Shown here: piece after piece, positions 40,665 through 51,727 of the stretch | Layout: each line of letters begins with the position of its first letter | Position numbering within the stretch: the stretch's first letter is position 1 | Assembly: GCA_965208575.1 (NCBI GenBank) | Contig: CBDBOV010000004.1 | Location: forward strand, 864,001-928,000 | Direction: 5' to 3' | DNA: 64,000 nucleotides | Source: Spirochaetia bacterium | GTDB lineage: Bacteria; Spirochaetota; Spirochaetia; SZUA-6; Bin103 | Program-made: the position numbers and the translations under genes | Notes under the pieces: generated by a model | Databases searched by the model: none | Seen by the model: the letters and a program-made list of their open reading frames with translations, nothing else | Told to the model about the DNA's origin: nothing

Positions 40665-41900
40665 GAATCGTCCTACTACCCGCGTGCACTGACACCGGTC
40701 ATCCGTGAGGCGCTCGCGGACACGCCGGTGGTGTGTCTGGTGGGGCCGCGGCAGAGTGGCAAGACGACGCTGGTGCAGCGAATCGCACCGGAGCGTCCTT
40801 ATGTGAGCCTGGACGAGCACAACTTTCACCAAGCGGCAAGCCTCGACCCGGCCGGATTCGTGGACAACCTGCCCGATGCGGTGGCAATCGACGAGGTTCA
40901 GCGAGCGCCCGCGCTACTCTCCGCCATCAAGGTCGCCGTGGACCGGAATCGCCGGCCCGGGCGCTTTCTGCTCACCGGATCGGCGAATCTGCTGTTCCTG
41001 CCCACGGTCAGCGAGTCGCTTGCCGGGCGCATGGAGACGGTGCGTCTTCACCCACTGACGGAGGCGGAGAAGGAACGCCGGCCCGGTGGCTTCCTGCGCG
41101 CGTTGATGGACGGCGACCTCAAGCCCCACATATCGGGTGCAACCGGAGCGGAAGGGCCGGCGCTCGCGGAGCGGTTGGTAGCGGGCGGCTACCCGGAGCC
41201 CGCAGGCCGTGCGCCGCGCCGTGCTCGCCAGTGGCACCGGCAGTACGTGCGCAGCATCATCGATCGCGACGTCCGCGACGTGGCACGGGTGCGCGATGCG
41301 AGCGAGCTCACCCGGCTCCTGGAACTGCTCGCCTTGCGCAGCGCGGAATTGCTCAACGTCAGCTCCCTCGGCGACGCGCTCGGCCTGAGGCGGGAGACGG
41401 TGGATCGCTACATCACCGTGCTGGAGCGGCTGTTCCTGGTTCGGCGCCTGAGGGCATGGCACCGCAACCCTTCGCGGAGACTGGTCCGGTCGCCGAAGGT
41501 GCACCTCGTCGACAGCGGATTGGCCGCGACCCTTGCCGGCCTGACGGCTGACGACTGGCTCCCACATCGCGACCGCATGGGACACCTGCTGGAGTCGTTC
41601 GTCGCGCAGCAACTCATCGCCCAGGCCGAGTGGACCGATCCCGACCTGCGTTTCTGGCACTACCGGGACAAGGACCAAGTCGAGGTGGACCTGGTGATTA
41701 CGCGCGGTGCGCTCACGTGGGGCGTCGAGGTAAAGGCGTCCGCCACCGTCACGGCCAAGGATGGCCGCGGGCTGGTCCGTCTGGCTGCGCAATGCGAAGA
41801 CGACTTCCAGTGCGGCATCGTTCTGTACGCCGGCCGGGACGTGCTGCCGCTGCGCGGCGGGCGCATCCTCGCCGTTCCGATCAGCCGTCTGTGGATGTGA
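40656..41900 (+). CDS. AAA_14 ATPase + DUF4143 (COG1373-type) protein
   Basis: GPRQSGKTTL, IDEVQRAP, FLLTGSA, SESLAGR, GGYP, IDRDV, SPKVHLVDSGL, LLESFV, YRDKDQVEVDLVI, GVEVKAS. Confidence 0.93.
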   Translation: MADESSYYPRALTPVIREALADTPVVCLVGPRQSGKTTLVQRIAPERPYVSLDEHNFHQAASLDPAGFVDNLPDAVAIDEVQRAPALLSAIKVAVDRNRRPGRFLLTGSANLLFLPTVSESLAGRMETVRLHPLTEAEKERRPGGFLRALMDGDLKPHISGATGAEGPALAERLVAGGYPEPAGRAPRRARQWHRQYVRSIIDRDVRDVARVRDASELTRLLELLALRSAELLNVSSLGDALGLRRETVDRYITVLERLFLVRRLRAWHRNPSRRLVRSPKVHLVDSGLAATLAGLTADDWLPHRDRMGHLLESFVAQQLIAQAEWTDPDLRFWHYRDKDQVEVDLVITRGALTWGVEVKASATVTAKDGRGLVRLAAQCEDDFQCGIVLYAGRDVLPLRGGRILAVPISRLWM

Positions 41901-41918
41901 CAGGTTGCGAGCAGGCGC

Positions 41919-42320
41919 TCATCGCCACACGGCGAACAGGATGCCGGCGATGGTCAGCACCACGAGTTGGTAGGAGCTGAACAGCAGCCACAAGCCGACC
42001 GGGCGATCCTCGTACAGGATGGTGTTGGCCGAGGTCAGCGCGCCGATGGCGATCCACACCACGGCGCCCGTCGCTGCCCCGCCCCACCAGGTGGCGACCC
42101 CGGCGCTGCCGATAACCACCGCCAGCACGTAGGTGGTGACCAGCCCCATCACGAAGCCGAGCAGGTACACGACCGGCGATGCCTCGATCTCCTCCTCACG
42201 CTTCCCGATCAGGCGCAGGAACGTCGCCGAGAACAGCGGTCCGTACCAGAGGAAGCCGATCATCATGTTGACCACGGCGGCCACCAGCACCGCCAACCAG
42301 TTGACCGCCAGGAACTGCAA
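41919..42320 (-). CDS. DUF1761-family membrane protein
   Basis: NWLAVLVAAVV.M.IGFLWYGPLF and four hydrophobic segments. TTG start with GGAGG upstream. Confidence 0.82.
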   Translation of the reverse strand: MQFLAVNWLAVLVAAVVNMMIGFLWYGPLFSATFLRLIGKREEEIEASPVVYLLGFVMGLVTTYVLAVVIGSAGVATWWGGAATGAVVWIAIGALTSANTILYEDRPVGLWLLFSSYQLVVLTIAGILFAVWR

Positions 42321-42466
42321 GCGCCTACCCTCCAGCCGCGTGCTCGATCGCCGCGGCGCGCCGAACCTAACAGACCCCGGCGCCGTCCGCAACGACCCGA
42401 CCGACCGAGCGCGACCGAGCTCACGGGGCTCATCGACGGCCCCGTCGCCGGCGCGTGGGTCAGGAG

Positions 42467-42859
42467 CTAGTCCGACGCGGTTCCCGGCTTGGGAGAGAAC
42501 TGGTCGATCAGGATGGCGTTGCCGTCGGGATCGCTGAGGGCGACATGAGCCGGGCCGGTGCCGTCCGGGTCGGTATCGGTCGTCAGGTCGACACCGCCTG
42601 CGAGCAGCGACTCACGGATCTCCCGGACGTCGGTGAACTCCTCGAGCGCAGACCCGTCCTGCCGCAACCCAGGGTTGAAGGTGAGGATGTTGCCCTCGAA
42701 CATGCCCTGAAACAGGCCGACCGTTGCGCCGCCGTTGACCATGATCAGGTAGCCCTTGCCATCACCACCGGTCCGGGAGAAACCGAGCTTCTCGTAGAAT
42801 GCCCGCGCCGCCGGCAGGTCCTTGACCGCCAGGCTCACCGAAAATGCACCGAGTTCCAT
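42467..42859 (-). CDS. VOC/glyoxalase family protein
   Basis: [15 protein letters not shown]...[37 protein letters not shown]. Confidence 0.9.
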   Translation of the reverse strand: MELGAFSVSLAVKDLPAARAFYEKLGFSRTGGDGKGYLIMVNGGATVGLFQGMFEGNILTFNPGLRQDGSALEEFTDVREIRESLLAGGVDLTTDTDPDGTGPAHVALSDPDGNAILIDQFSPKPGTASD

Positions 42860-42943
42860 ACCGCGGCAATCTACCACAATACGCACGCGCGGCATTGGAC
42901 TCGATGCCGCCCACGGGGTAGCGTGTGCGTACGGGAGCGACGG

Positions 42944-43510
42944 ATGTTGACGGCGGTGAAGAAGAAGCTGTTCACGGTTGACGACTACTACGCCATGACT
43001 CGCGCCGGCATCATCGGTGAGGATGACCGCGTCGAGCTGATCGAAGGGGAAATCATCCTGATGGCAGCGATCGGCAGCAGACATCAGGCGGTGGTGGACC
43101 GCGTAAACCGCCTGCTGGTCATGCGCGTGGGTGACCGCGCGATCGTGCGTGTTCAGGGGCCGCTGCGGCTGGCCGACATTACCGAGCCGCAGCCGGACCT
43201 GCAACTGCTGGCGCCGCAGGACGACTTCTACGCGGCGGCGCATCCGTCGCAATACGAGGCACTCCTGGTGGTGGAGGTGGCGGACACGTCGTTGCACTTC
43301 GACCGCGACGAGAAGGCGGCCATCTACGCGCGGCGCGGCGTAGGCGAGTTGTGGATCATCGACGTGAACGGCGAGCGCGTCCTGGTGCGGCGCGGGCCGT
43401 CCGCGCACGGATACAGCGAGTCGCTGACCGCCACGAGAGGACACACGCTGGCGCCGGAGGCGTTCCCGGACGTCGTCGTGAGTACCGACGACCTGCTGGG
43501 ACCGCGATAG
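42944..43510 (+). CDS. Uma2 (DUF820) family endonuclease
   Basis: [57 protein letters not shown]. Confidence 0.9.
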   Translation: MLTAVKKKLFTVDDYYAMTRAGIIGEDDRVELIEGEIILMAAIGSRHQAVVDRVNRLLVMRVGDRAIVRVQGPLRLADITEPQPDLQLLAPQDDFYAAAHPSQYEALLVVEVADTSLHFDRDEKAAIYARRGVGELWIIDVNGERVLVRRGPSAHGYSESLTATRGHTLAPEAFPDVVVSTDDLLGPR

Positions 43511-43738
43511 CCGTCCGGCCTGCCCCGTGATCTCAATGGGGCGTACGCGGAGCACCGTCCACTCGGCGGGTACGGCAGACGCCCACGCTCCCACCTGTTC
43601 CTGACAAGCGGGCCGCGGTCATCACCTTGCGCAGCATCGCGGCAGCAAGCTGCCGACGGTGGCGGACCGGCACTTGGCGGCGTATGCGCATCTGGCGACG
43701 AGGTCGGCTGCCTGCTACGCTCGGCACCGGGGGTGGCG

Positions 43739-44545
43739 ATGGCACAGCATGGGAGCGAGGCCTGGCGGCTCGACGGCCGGGTGGCGCTGATTGCCGGCGG
43801 GGCGGGCGCGATGGGATCTGCCACGGCGCGGCGGATGGCGGCGGCCGGGGCTCGCGTGGCGGTGGCCGACATCAGGCACGACGCCGGGCAGGCGGTGGTG
43901 CGTGAGCTGACGGCGATGGGCCGCGAGGCGGTGGCGGTACCGCTCGACGTCGCCGCGGCGGATACCTGGCAGGCGGCCGTGGAGCAGGTGGAGGCGCGCT
44001 TCGGCACGCTGACCACCATGTGCTACCTGGCCGGCGGCAACCACCGCATCAGCTACGACGCCATGACCGAGGCGCAGTTCCGGCGCATCATCGAGTTGAA
44101 CCTGACCGGCATCTTCATCGGCATCAAGGCGGTGGTGCCGGCGATGCGGCGCGCCGGCGGCGGCTGCATCCTCACCGTCGGCTCGCTGGCCTCGCTGAGC
44201 GCCGGCGGCGGCGCCCCCGCCTACACGTGCAGCAAGTTCGGGGTCAACGCGCTCACAGCGGTCACCGCCCGCGCCTACGCGGACGACGGCATCCGCTGCT
44301 GCCAGGTCAACCCCGGCCACGTCGACACGCCGTTCCTGCGCGCCTCCACCGACTACAGCCCCAACGACTGGTCCACGTCGATCGACAACCCGGTGAACTA
44401 CGAACGCCGGCGCAGCGCGACGCCGCTTGGGCGCCTCAACCAACCGGAGGAGATCGCCGAAGCGTTCGCGTTCCTGGCCTCCGACGCCGCGGCCATGATC
44501 ACTGGCTCTGCCATCACCGTGGACGGCGGCGCCGCGCTGACCTGA
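43739..44545 (+). CDS. SDR family oxidoreductase
   Basis: IAGGAGAMG, NLTG.F, YTCSK (YxxxK), PGHVDTP, ITG..ITVDGG. Confidence 0.9.
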   Translation: MAQHGSEAWRLDGRVALIAGGAGAMGSATARRMAAAGARVAVADIRHDAGQAVVRELTAMGREAVAVPLDVAAADTWQAAVEQVEARFGTLTTMCYLAGGNHRISYDAMTEAQFRRIIELNLTGIFIGIKAVVPAMRRAGGGCILTVGSLASLSAGGGAPAYTCSKFGVNALTAVTARAYADDGIRCCQVNPGHVDTPFLRASTDYSPNDWSTSIDNPVNYERRRSATPLGRLNQPEEIAEAFAFLASDAAAMITGSAITVDGGAALT

Positions 44546-44728
44546 AGGGGCGCCGGCGCGCTCCGTCGCGTTCGCCGCCGCCAGGTCGAGCATCGCGCAC
44601 CGGTCGCCGGGCACGCCGGGGTGCGGTATCCGCCGCCTCCGGCGTTGCTCCCGGAACCGAGCCGTCCGGTGCGCCTGCGCCGGACGGCTCGGTCTGCTCA
44701 CCGAGACAGCGACGGTTCGGCGACTTCC

Positions 44729-45454
44729 TCAGTTCACCCCGGACTCCAGGAGCATGGTCACGCCCATGTCGTGGTAGGGGCGCGGGTCGTCGCCGGCCGC
44801 GATGCGCATGCACACCTGCTTGCCGGTGCCCTGCAGATCGTTCGCCAGGTAGCGCACGCAGTCGTCCACGCTCTGCAGCGGGTGATTCGGGTGGCGCCCG
44901 ATATCGAAGTTCATGTCCGCGGGACCGATGGTGAAGAAATCCACGCCGTCCTTCGCGAAGCGATGCGCCGCATTGGTGGCAGCGGCGATCGACTCGATCT
45001 GCATCGCCAGGGCGCCGGTGCGCTCCCAGAACGCTGCGTACTCGTCCAGCCCCTGCGCGTCGAAGCCGAGCCGCGCCGTGCCGCCCCAACTGCGCACCCC
45101 GCGCGGCGGGTAGTAGAAGTTGGCCACCGCCTCGTCGACCGTCTCCTCGGTCTCCACCTGAGGCACCTCTATGCCGGCAGGCCCCAGGTCAAGGAAGTTG
45201 CCGATCAGGTAGGTGAGCCGGGTGTGCTTGAGCCGGAACACCACCGGCACCCCCACCGCGGTTGCGGCGGCACAGAACTCCACCAGGCGATGCTCGCTGA
45301 GTGGCGAGTGCTGGGCATCGACCCACACGAAGTCGTAGGGCCGGCGGGCGACGATGCCGCGCAGCCAGTCGGCGTCGGGCCGCATCGCGATCGAAGCGCC
45401 GAACAACTGTTCGCCGTCGCGGATGCGCTGCTTCAAGGTCTTGGTTGCGGTCAT
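44729..45454 (-). CDS. HpcH/HpaI aldolase/citrate lyase family protein
   Basis: YDFVWVDAQH, LDLGPAGIEVPQVET, YYPPRGVRSWG, MQIES, IGPADM. Confidence 0.85.
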   Translation of the reverse strand: MTATKTLKQRIRDGEQLFGASIAMRPDADWLRGIVARRPYDFVWVDAQHSPLSEHRLVEFCAAATAVGVPVVFRLKHTRLTYLIGNFLDLGPAGIEVPQVETEETVDEAVANFYYPPRGVRSWGGTARLGFDAQGLDEYAAFWERTGALAMQIESIAAATNAAHRFAKDGVDFFTIGPADMNFDIGRHPNHPLQSVDDCVRYLANDLQGTGKQVCMRIAAGDDPRPYHDMGVTMLLESGVN

Positions 45455-45537
45455 GAACCGGACTGTAACACAGGGCACGGGTCTTGGTTGCGGATCTGCT
45501 GGCCTCTCGCGGTGCTCCCCGGTAGGATGGGCCGTAC

Positions 45538-46413
45538 ATGGAACGGCACGTCGAGACGGTAGTGCAGCGCCCGTCGCTGGTGGGCGAGGGCGCCATTTGG
45601 GACAGCGAACGAAGGGTACTCTACTGGGTGGACATCATCGGACAGAAGCTGTTCGTGTACGATCCGGCCACCGGCGAAAACCGCGAGATCGACACCCTGC
45701 AGGCGGTCGGCACGGTGGTGCCGCGCGCCTCAGGGGGCTTGGTCGTGGCGCTGCACAACGGTTTCGCGAGCCTCGACCCGGACAGCGGGCTGATGCGGCC
45801 GATCGCCGATCCGGAGCGCGACATTCCGGCCAACCGGTTCAACGACGGCAAGTGCGACCCCGCCGGCCGGCTGTGGGCCGGCACCATGGACTTCGACGGC
45901 GAACCGAACCGCGGCGCGCTGTACTGCCTGGACACCGACGGCACCGTGTCGCGCAAGTTCGGCAACGTCACCATCTCCAACGGCATCGTGTGGAGCCGCG
46001 ACGGGCGCACCATGTATTACATCGATACCGGCCGCAACAACGTCCGCGCATACGACTACGACCTCGCGACCGGCGCGATCGCCAACGAGCGGGTCACCGT
46101 GACCAACGAGGGGAGCGGGCACTTCGACGGCATGACCATGGACGCGGAGGGGATGGTGTGGGTCGCCATCTTCGGCGGCTCGGCGGTGCGCCGCTACGAC
46201 CCGGAGCGGGGCGAACTGCTCGATTCCATCGACCTGCCGATGAGCCAGGTCACGTCGTGTGCCTTTGGCGGTCCCGCCCTCAGCGACCTGTACATCACCT
46301 CGGCCTGTCTGCGCATGAGCGAAAGCGAGCGCTCGTCCGAACCGCTTGCCGGTTCGCTGGTGAAGGTAGTACCCGGCGTCAAGGGGCTTCCGGCGGTCGC
46401 CTTCGCTGGCTGA
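45538..46413 (+). CDS. SMP-30/gluconolactonase/LRE family protein
   Basis: GEGAIWD..LYWVDI, RFNDGKCDPAGRLWAGTM, ISNGIVWS, DGMTMDAEG, TSCAFGG..L..LYITSA. Confidence 0.93.
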   Translation: MERHVETVVQRPSLVGEGAIWDSERRVLYWVDIIGQKLFVYDPATGENREIDTLQAVGTVVPRASGGLVVALHNGFASLDPDSGLMRPIADPERDIPANRFNDGKCDPAGRLWAGTMDFDGEPNRGALYCLDTDGTVSRKFGNVTISNGIVWSRDGRTMYYIDTGRNNVRAYDYDLATGAIANERVTVTNEGSGHFDGMTMDAEGMVWVAIFGGSAVRRYDPERGELLDSIDLPMSQVTSCAFGGPALSDLYITSACLRMSESERSSEPLAGSLVKVVPGVKGLPAVAFAG

Positions 46414-46692
46414 CGCCGTCGGCTGACCGGCCGAAGCCGGCCTTGACCGGCACGGCACGGACCCGTCGCGTTTGGCGGCTCCCGCACGGGCAGCCGCCGC
46501 CTGTACCGCATTCCGTCGGCATGCCGTGGTTGCGTACTGCTCATGGCAGCCCACGCTCCCGGACGGGGAGCGCCCGGCAGGTCGTTGCCGCGTCACCGTT
46601 GGGCGACCGGCGCCGGTTCGGTCGTGTCGCGCGCCGCACGCGCCGCCTGAACCCTTGACGACAACCTGTCCGCGTTCATAGGTTGCCCGCTC

Positions 46693-48912
46693 GTGACGTT
46701 GCCGGAGGAGATCATCGCCCTGCTCGCACGCGAGCGGCCCCGGTTCCGCGGCGCGGCGGCGTTTCGGGCCGACATCAGCCGCGACGGACGCCTGCAGGAC
46801 GAGTGGCTGGTGGCAGGCAGCGTCGGGCTTGCCCACGTGCGCGACGGCTCGGTGCACTGGATGGGGGGCGAAGAAATCGGCGCGCTCGCCACCCACGCCT
46901 ACCTGAGCGGCGGGCGCATCACGGTGCAGTGGCGCGCGCAGGCGCGGCTGCTCGCGCGCTACTCCGGCGCGCGCATCGCCGACGCGGAAGCGTTCGTGGA
47001 TGCGGCAAACCGTATTCTGCGAGCCGCCGGCGGCGGCCCGGCAGTCGCCGGTGCGAAGCACGCCGCCGAGGCGGGTACCACGACGCAGGACCAGACCGGC
47101 CGGAGCATGGCCGCGGCGGCAGTCACGGGCGGCGGCTCCGCGGCGCAGGGCACCGGGCGCGTGCTGCCCCGGCTGGTCGCCATGATGCCGCGCAGCAAGT
47201 ACTGGCGGTTGCCTGTGTTCTGCCTGGCGCTCGCCGGCGGCGCGGGCGCCGCGGTGGCGGCGCCGTTCCTGGCCGGACGCTTCCTGTTCGACGAGGTGCT
47301 CTCCCCGGAAGGGCGCTTCGCCGGCATGATGCTCCTGGCGGTGGGCCTGATCCTGCTCGCCCGCCTCGCCGAGGTCGGATTCCGCATCACCTGGGGGTGG
47401 GTCAACGCCGCCTTCATCCACGACCTCGAGATCACGTTGAAGCGCACCGCGTTCCACTCCCTGCAGCGGCTTTCGATGCGCTTCCACACCTCGCGCCACA
47501 GCGGCGAGCTGATGACCCGCCTCGAGCAGGATGCCTCCGACGTAGCGCTCCTGTTCCACATCATCGCTCCGTCGGCACTGCACGGGGGCGTTTTTCTGGC
47601 CGGTTCGCTGCTCGCGATGCTGCTGCTGGACTGGCAGCTTGCCATCGCCGCCATCCTCCCGTTCCCGGTGCTGCTGATCGCCTTCCGGCGCATCCTGCCG
47701 GAGGTCAACTCCTACTTCGACCGCCTGTTCCGGGCCGAGGCCGCGCTGCGCACCGTGACCAACGACTCGCTCACCGGTGCCCGGGTAGTGCGGGCGTTCG
47801 GCGGACAGCAACGCGAACTGGCACGGTTCGCCGAGCCCAACCGCGAAGCGGCGCGCCTGGGGTACCTGGCGGAGGCGATGGTCGGGACCACCCGTCCGCC
47901 GATGGAACTGGTTACCGAGCTGGTGCTGGTCGCGGTGTGGGCCGCCGGTGCCTGGGCGGTGGCGCGCGACCAGGTCACCGTGGGCCTGGTGGTTACGTTC
48001 GCCGGTTACCTGAGCCGCTTCTTCTGGCCGGTCGGCGGCCTGGTCGACCTGGCCGAGGAGTGGGGCCGCGTGGCCACCGCCGCCCGGCGCCTGCTGACGC
48101 TGATCGACGCCCGCCCCGACCTGCCGGAGGCGCGGCAGCCGCACCCCATCCCGGAAACCGCCGGCGGCGTCGCCCTGGAACAGGTGTCGTTCAGCTACGA
48201 GCCGGGCCAGCCGGCGCTGCGCGAGGTCAGCCTGCACGCCGCGCCCGGCGAGATGATCGGGCTGGTGGGCCCCACCGGAGCGGGCAAGTCGACGGTGATC
48301 AACCTGCTCGCCCGCCTCTACGATGCCGACAGCGGCGTGGTGCGCGTTGCAGGCCGCGACGTGCGCGACCTGTCCGGACCCGACCTCGCGGCACAGCTCG
48401 GCGTGGTGTTGCAGGACACCTACCTGTTCATCGGCAGCGTGGCCGCCAACATCGGCTATGCCAATCCGGGCGCGACGCGCGAGCAGATCGTCGCAACGGC
48501 GATGGCCGCCGACGCGCACCAGTTCATCGTGGAACTGCCGGACGGCTACGACACCGAACTGAACGCCGGCGGCCATGGGCTCTCCGGGGGCCAGCGGCAA
48601 CGGCTCGGCATCGCGCGCGCCCTGCTCGCGGATCCGCCCATCCTGCTGATGGACGAGGCCACCGCGAGCGTCGACACCGAGACCGAGGTACGCATCCAGG
48701 GCGCCATCGAGCGGCTGGTGCACGGCCGCACCGTGGTGGTGATCGCGCACCGGCTGTCCACCCTGCGGCGCGCCGCCCGCCTGTACGCGCTGGACGGCGG
48801 CCGCGTGGTGGAGAGCGGCACTCACGACCAGTTGATGCGGGCCGGCGGCTACTATCGGCGGCTGGTGCAGCGCCAACGCGAGGCGCTGCACGTCATTGGA
48901 GTGGGAGAATGA
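46693..48912 (+). CDS. ABC exporter, fused permease/ATPase with N-terminal extra domain
   Basis: TM helices, GPTGAGKST, LSGGQRQR, LLMDEATASVD, IAHRLSTL. Confidence 0.9.
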   Translation: MTLPEEIIALLARERPRFRGAAAFRADISRDGRLQDEWLVAGSVGLAHVRDGSVHWMGGEEIGALATHAYLSGGRITVQWRAQARLLARYSGARIADAEAFVDAANRILRAAGGGPAVAGAKHAAEAGTTTQDQTGRSMAAAAVTGGGSAAQGTGRVLPRLVAMMPRSKYWRLPVFCLALAGGAGAAVAAPFLAGRFLFDEVLSPEGRFAGMMLLAVGLILLARLAEVGFRITWGWVNAAFIHDLEITLKRTAFHSLQRLSMRFHTSRHSGELMTRLEQDASDVALLFHIIAPSALHGGVFLAGSLLAMLLLDWQLAIAAILPFPVLLIAFRRILPEVNSYFDRLFRAEAALRTVTNDSLTGARVVRAFGGQQRELARFAEPNREAARLGYLAEAMVGTTRPPMELVTELVLVAVWAAGAWAVARDQVTVGLVVTFAGYLSRFFWPVGGLVDLAEEWGRVATAARRLLTLIDARPDLPEARQPHPIPETAGGVALEQVSFSYEPGQPALREVSLHAAPGEMIGLVGPTGAGKSTVINLLARLYDADSGVVRVAGRDVRDLSGPDLAAQLGVVLQDTYLFIGSVAANIGYANPGATREQIVATAMAADAHQFIVELPDGYDTELNAGGHGLSGGQRQRLGIARALLADPPILLMDEATASVDTETEVRIQGAIERLVHGRTVVVIAHRLSTLRRAARLYALDGGRVVESGTHDQLMRAGGYYRRLVQRQREALHVIGVGE

Positions 48913-49433
48913 ACGGAAACGACGACGCTGACCGCATCGGCGGGGCGCGCCTGCCCCGGCTGGGGCCCGATCGGGTGCGATTCGAACGCACCGGCGGGCA
49001 CCTGGTACGGGCGGTGCTGGCGGACGGGACCAGCCACGAACCGGTCGACTTCTACCGCGCGTTCCCCTACTCCTCCCCGGACGACCTGGTGGCGCTGCGC
49101 GACAGCCGCGGCGCCGAGTTGGGCATCCTGGCACCGCTGGCACAGTTTCTCGCCGCCGAGCGCAAGATCGTCGAGGAGGAACTGCACCGCCGCTACTTCG
49201 CCCCGCGCATCGTGACCGTCGACGCGCTCGACGAGCGCTTCGGCCAGTCGCACTGGCGCGTTGCCACCGATGCCGGCCCGACCCGGTTCACGGTGCAGAA
49301 CGAGCACGCCAACCTGCGCGATCTGGCCGACGGCTCGCTGCTGCTGATCGACGTGGACGGCAACCGCTACCGGCTCGCCCCGCGCGCCGAGCTGGAGCCG
49401 CGCATCCGGCGCAAGCTGGAGGCGATGTTTTGA
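48909..49433 (+). CDS. DUF1854 domain protein
   Basis: RAFPYS.PD..VALRD..G.ELG, EELHRRYFAPRI, W.V.TD.G...F, LIDVDGNRY. Overlaps both ABC genes. Confidence 0.82.
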   Translation: MNGNDDADRIGGARLPRLGPDRVRFERTGGHLVRAVLADGTSHEPVDFYRAFPYSSPDDLVALRDSRGAELGILAPLAQFLAAERKIVEEELHRRYFAPRIVTVDALDERFGQSHWRVATDAGPTRFTVQNEHANLRDLADGSLLLIDVDGNRYRLAPRAELEPRIRRKLEAMF

Positions 49434-51619
49434 CCGTGCCTCCGGAGGCGGCGGCGCTGGCCGCGCAAGCGGCCCCCGGCGAGACGCCGCTGCACTGTGT
49501 GCCCGCGGACCTCGACCGCCGCGCGCGCTACCAGGACGGGTACACGGTCGTCACCGAGCGCAGCATCCTGGCCATTGCCGGCGACCGGGTGGAGCGCTTC
49601 CCGCGCCTCCCGGGCGACAACTTCGCCGCCCACGTGATGACCGGCTCCGGCGTGTTGCTCGTGGCACGCGCCGGCGAGGGCGGCGGCAGCGAGGCGGTGG
49701 CATGGTTCAGCCGCCGCCACGCCACCGCGTACCTCCGCCTGGCGGCGGACCTCGGCGCCGCCGAATCCGACCTGCGGCCCGACGGCGGCGACCCGCGCCG
49801 CGCCGAGAGCATCGATCAGCGCGGCGGCTTTGCACGCGACTGGGTGGCCGAACCGCTGCGCGACGCGCGCGGCGTCCTTGCCCGCCTGACCGCGTTCCTG
49901 CGCCCGCAGCGGGGGATCATCCTGTACGCCCTGGTGCTGTTCGCCGCCGCCAATGTGCTCACCCTGCTGATCCCGCAACTCACCCGCATCCTGATCGACG
50001 GCTCCCTGGTGCCGCGCACCATCGAGCCGGGACCGGTCGCTCTGCTGCTTGCCGCGATGGCGGCGGCCTACGTGCTGCGCACCGGATTTACCATCCTGCG
50101 CAACCGCGCCGTGGCGCGCCTCAGCTCGCGGCTGGTGTCCGACCTGAGGACCGCCGTGTTCACCAGCGTGCAGGGAATGTCGCTGCGCTTCATTGCGGCC
50201 AAGCCGCCCGGTGACGTCGTCAACCGGGTCGCCACGGACACTACCAACCTGCGGCGCTTCCTGGAGAGCTGGGGCACCGACGGTATCAGCCAGGTGTTGC
50301 TGCTCGCCCTGCTGTGCGCGGTCACGTTCAGCCAGAACTGGCTGCTCGCGCTGTTGACCGTCTCCACCATTCCGCTCGCCCTGCTGCTCGCCGTGATCGT
50401 GTGGCGCCTGATGCGCTGGATGGAACGCACCCATCACCGGCTGCACGACAAGATCGGCACCTTCGTGCTCGACGTGCTGGCCGGCATCCGGGTGATCAAG
50501 GCGTTTCGCCGCGAGGCGGCCGAGGTGGAGCGCTACCGGAACTGGACCGCGCGCAAGTACGTGATCGACGTCCGCAACCAGAAGATCTGGCGCACCATGG
50601 AGCCGCTGATGGAGTTCGCGATCCGGCTCGGCGAGTTGCTGGTGTTCCTGGTCGGCGGCTACCTGGTGCTGGCGGGACAGCTCAGTCTCGGCGAGCTGGT
50701 ACAGTTCGCGGCCTACGTCGTCCTGCTGGCCGAGCCCCTGGCGTGGGCAGGTGAGGTGCCGCAGCGCCTGGTCGAGGCGCTCACCTCGGCGGAGCGCATC
50801 TTCGAGGCGATCGACCAGGAGCCGGAGATCCGGACGTCGCCGCGCGCCGTCAGCCGCACGCTGTCGGGCGAGGTGGAGTTCAGGAACGTGGAGTTCGCCT
50901 ATCGCCCCGGCGAACCGGTGCTGAACGACTTCTCGCTGCATCTTCCCGCCGGCGAGACCACCGGGCTGGTGGGCACGTCGGGGGCCGGCAAGTCGACGGT
51001 CATCAACCTCCTGTTGCGCTTGTACGACGTAGATGCCGGTCGGATCCTGCTGGACGGGACCGACGTACGCGACCTCGACCCGGCTTCGCTGCGCGGCCAG
51101 GTGGGGGTGGTGCTGCAGGATCCGTTCCTGTTTACCGGCTCGGTGGCGGACAACATCCGCTACGCCAAGCCTGGGGCCACGGACGCCGAGGTGGTGCGCG
51201 CGGCACAGGTCGCGCAGGCATACGAGTTCGTGATGCGGTTTCCCGACGGCTTCGACACGCTGGTTGGGGAACGCGGCCAGCGGCTGTCGGGCGGCGAGCG
51301 CCAGCGCATCTCGATCGCCCGCGCAATCCTGCACGATCCGCGCATCCTGATTCTCGACGAGGCCACCTCGGCGCTCGACCTGGAAACCGAGGAACGCATC
51401 CATGCCGCGCTCGCCGCCCTCACCAGCGGGCGCACGGTTATCGCCATCGCGCACCGGCTGGCCACGCTGCGCCGCGCCGGGCGACTGGTAGTGATGGAGG
51501 CGGGGCGCATCGCCGAGTCGGGCACCCACCAGGACCTGATGGCCGTGGGCGGACGCTACCGCGCCATGGTCGAAGCGCAGCGCGCCCTCGCCGACGCCCA
51601 GACCCTGACCCACGCCTGA
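49430..51619 (+). CDS. ABC exporter, fused permease/ATPase with N-terminal extra domain
   Basis: GTSGAGKST, LSGGERQRISIARA, LILDEATSALD, IAHRLATL. Confidence 0.9.
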   Translation: MTVPPEAAALAAQAAPGETPLHCVPADLDRRARYQDGYTVVTERSILAIAGDRVERFPRLPGDNFAAHVMTGSGVLLVARAGEGGGSEAVAWFSRRHATAYLRLAADLGAAESDLRPDGGDPRRAESIDQRGGFARDWVAEPLRDARGVLARLTAFLRPQRGIILYALVLFAAANVLTLLIPQLTRILIDGSLVPRTIEPGPVALLLAAMAAAYVLRTGFTILRNRAVARLSSRLVSDLRTAVFTSVQGMSLRFIAAKPPGDVVNRVATDTTNLRRFLESWGTDGISQVLLLALLCAVTFSQNWLLALLTVSTIPLALLLAVIVWRLMRWMERTHHRLHDKIGTFVLDVLAGIRVIKAFRREAAEVERYRNWTARKYVIDVRNQKIWRTMEPLMEFAIRLGELLVFLVGGYLVLAGQLSLGELVQFAAYVVLLAEPLAWAGEVPQRLVEALTSAERIFEAIDQEPEIRTSPRAVSRTLSGEVEFRNVEFAYRPGEPVLNDFSLHLPAGETTGLVGTSGAGKSTVINLLLRLYDVDAGRILLDGTDVRDLDPASLRGQVGVVLQDPFLFTGSVADNIRYAKPGATDAEVVRAAQVAQAYEFVMRFPDGFDTLVGERGQRLSGGERQRISIARAILHDPRILILDEATSALDLETEERIHAALAALTSGRTVIAIAHRLATLRRAGRLVVMEAGRIAESGTHQDLMAVGGRYRAMVEAQRALADAQTLTHA

Positions 51620-51727
51620 GCGCATGGCCGGCTCGCAACGACCTCGCGCCCGGCCCGCCGAGCCCGAACCATCCTTGCCGGCGTCGTTGACGCCGCAATT
51701 CTGGACACGTAGTATCATTTCCAGTTC

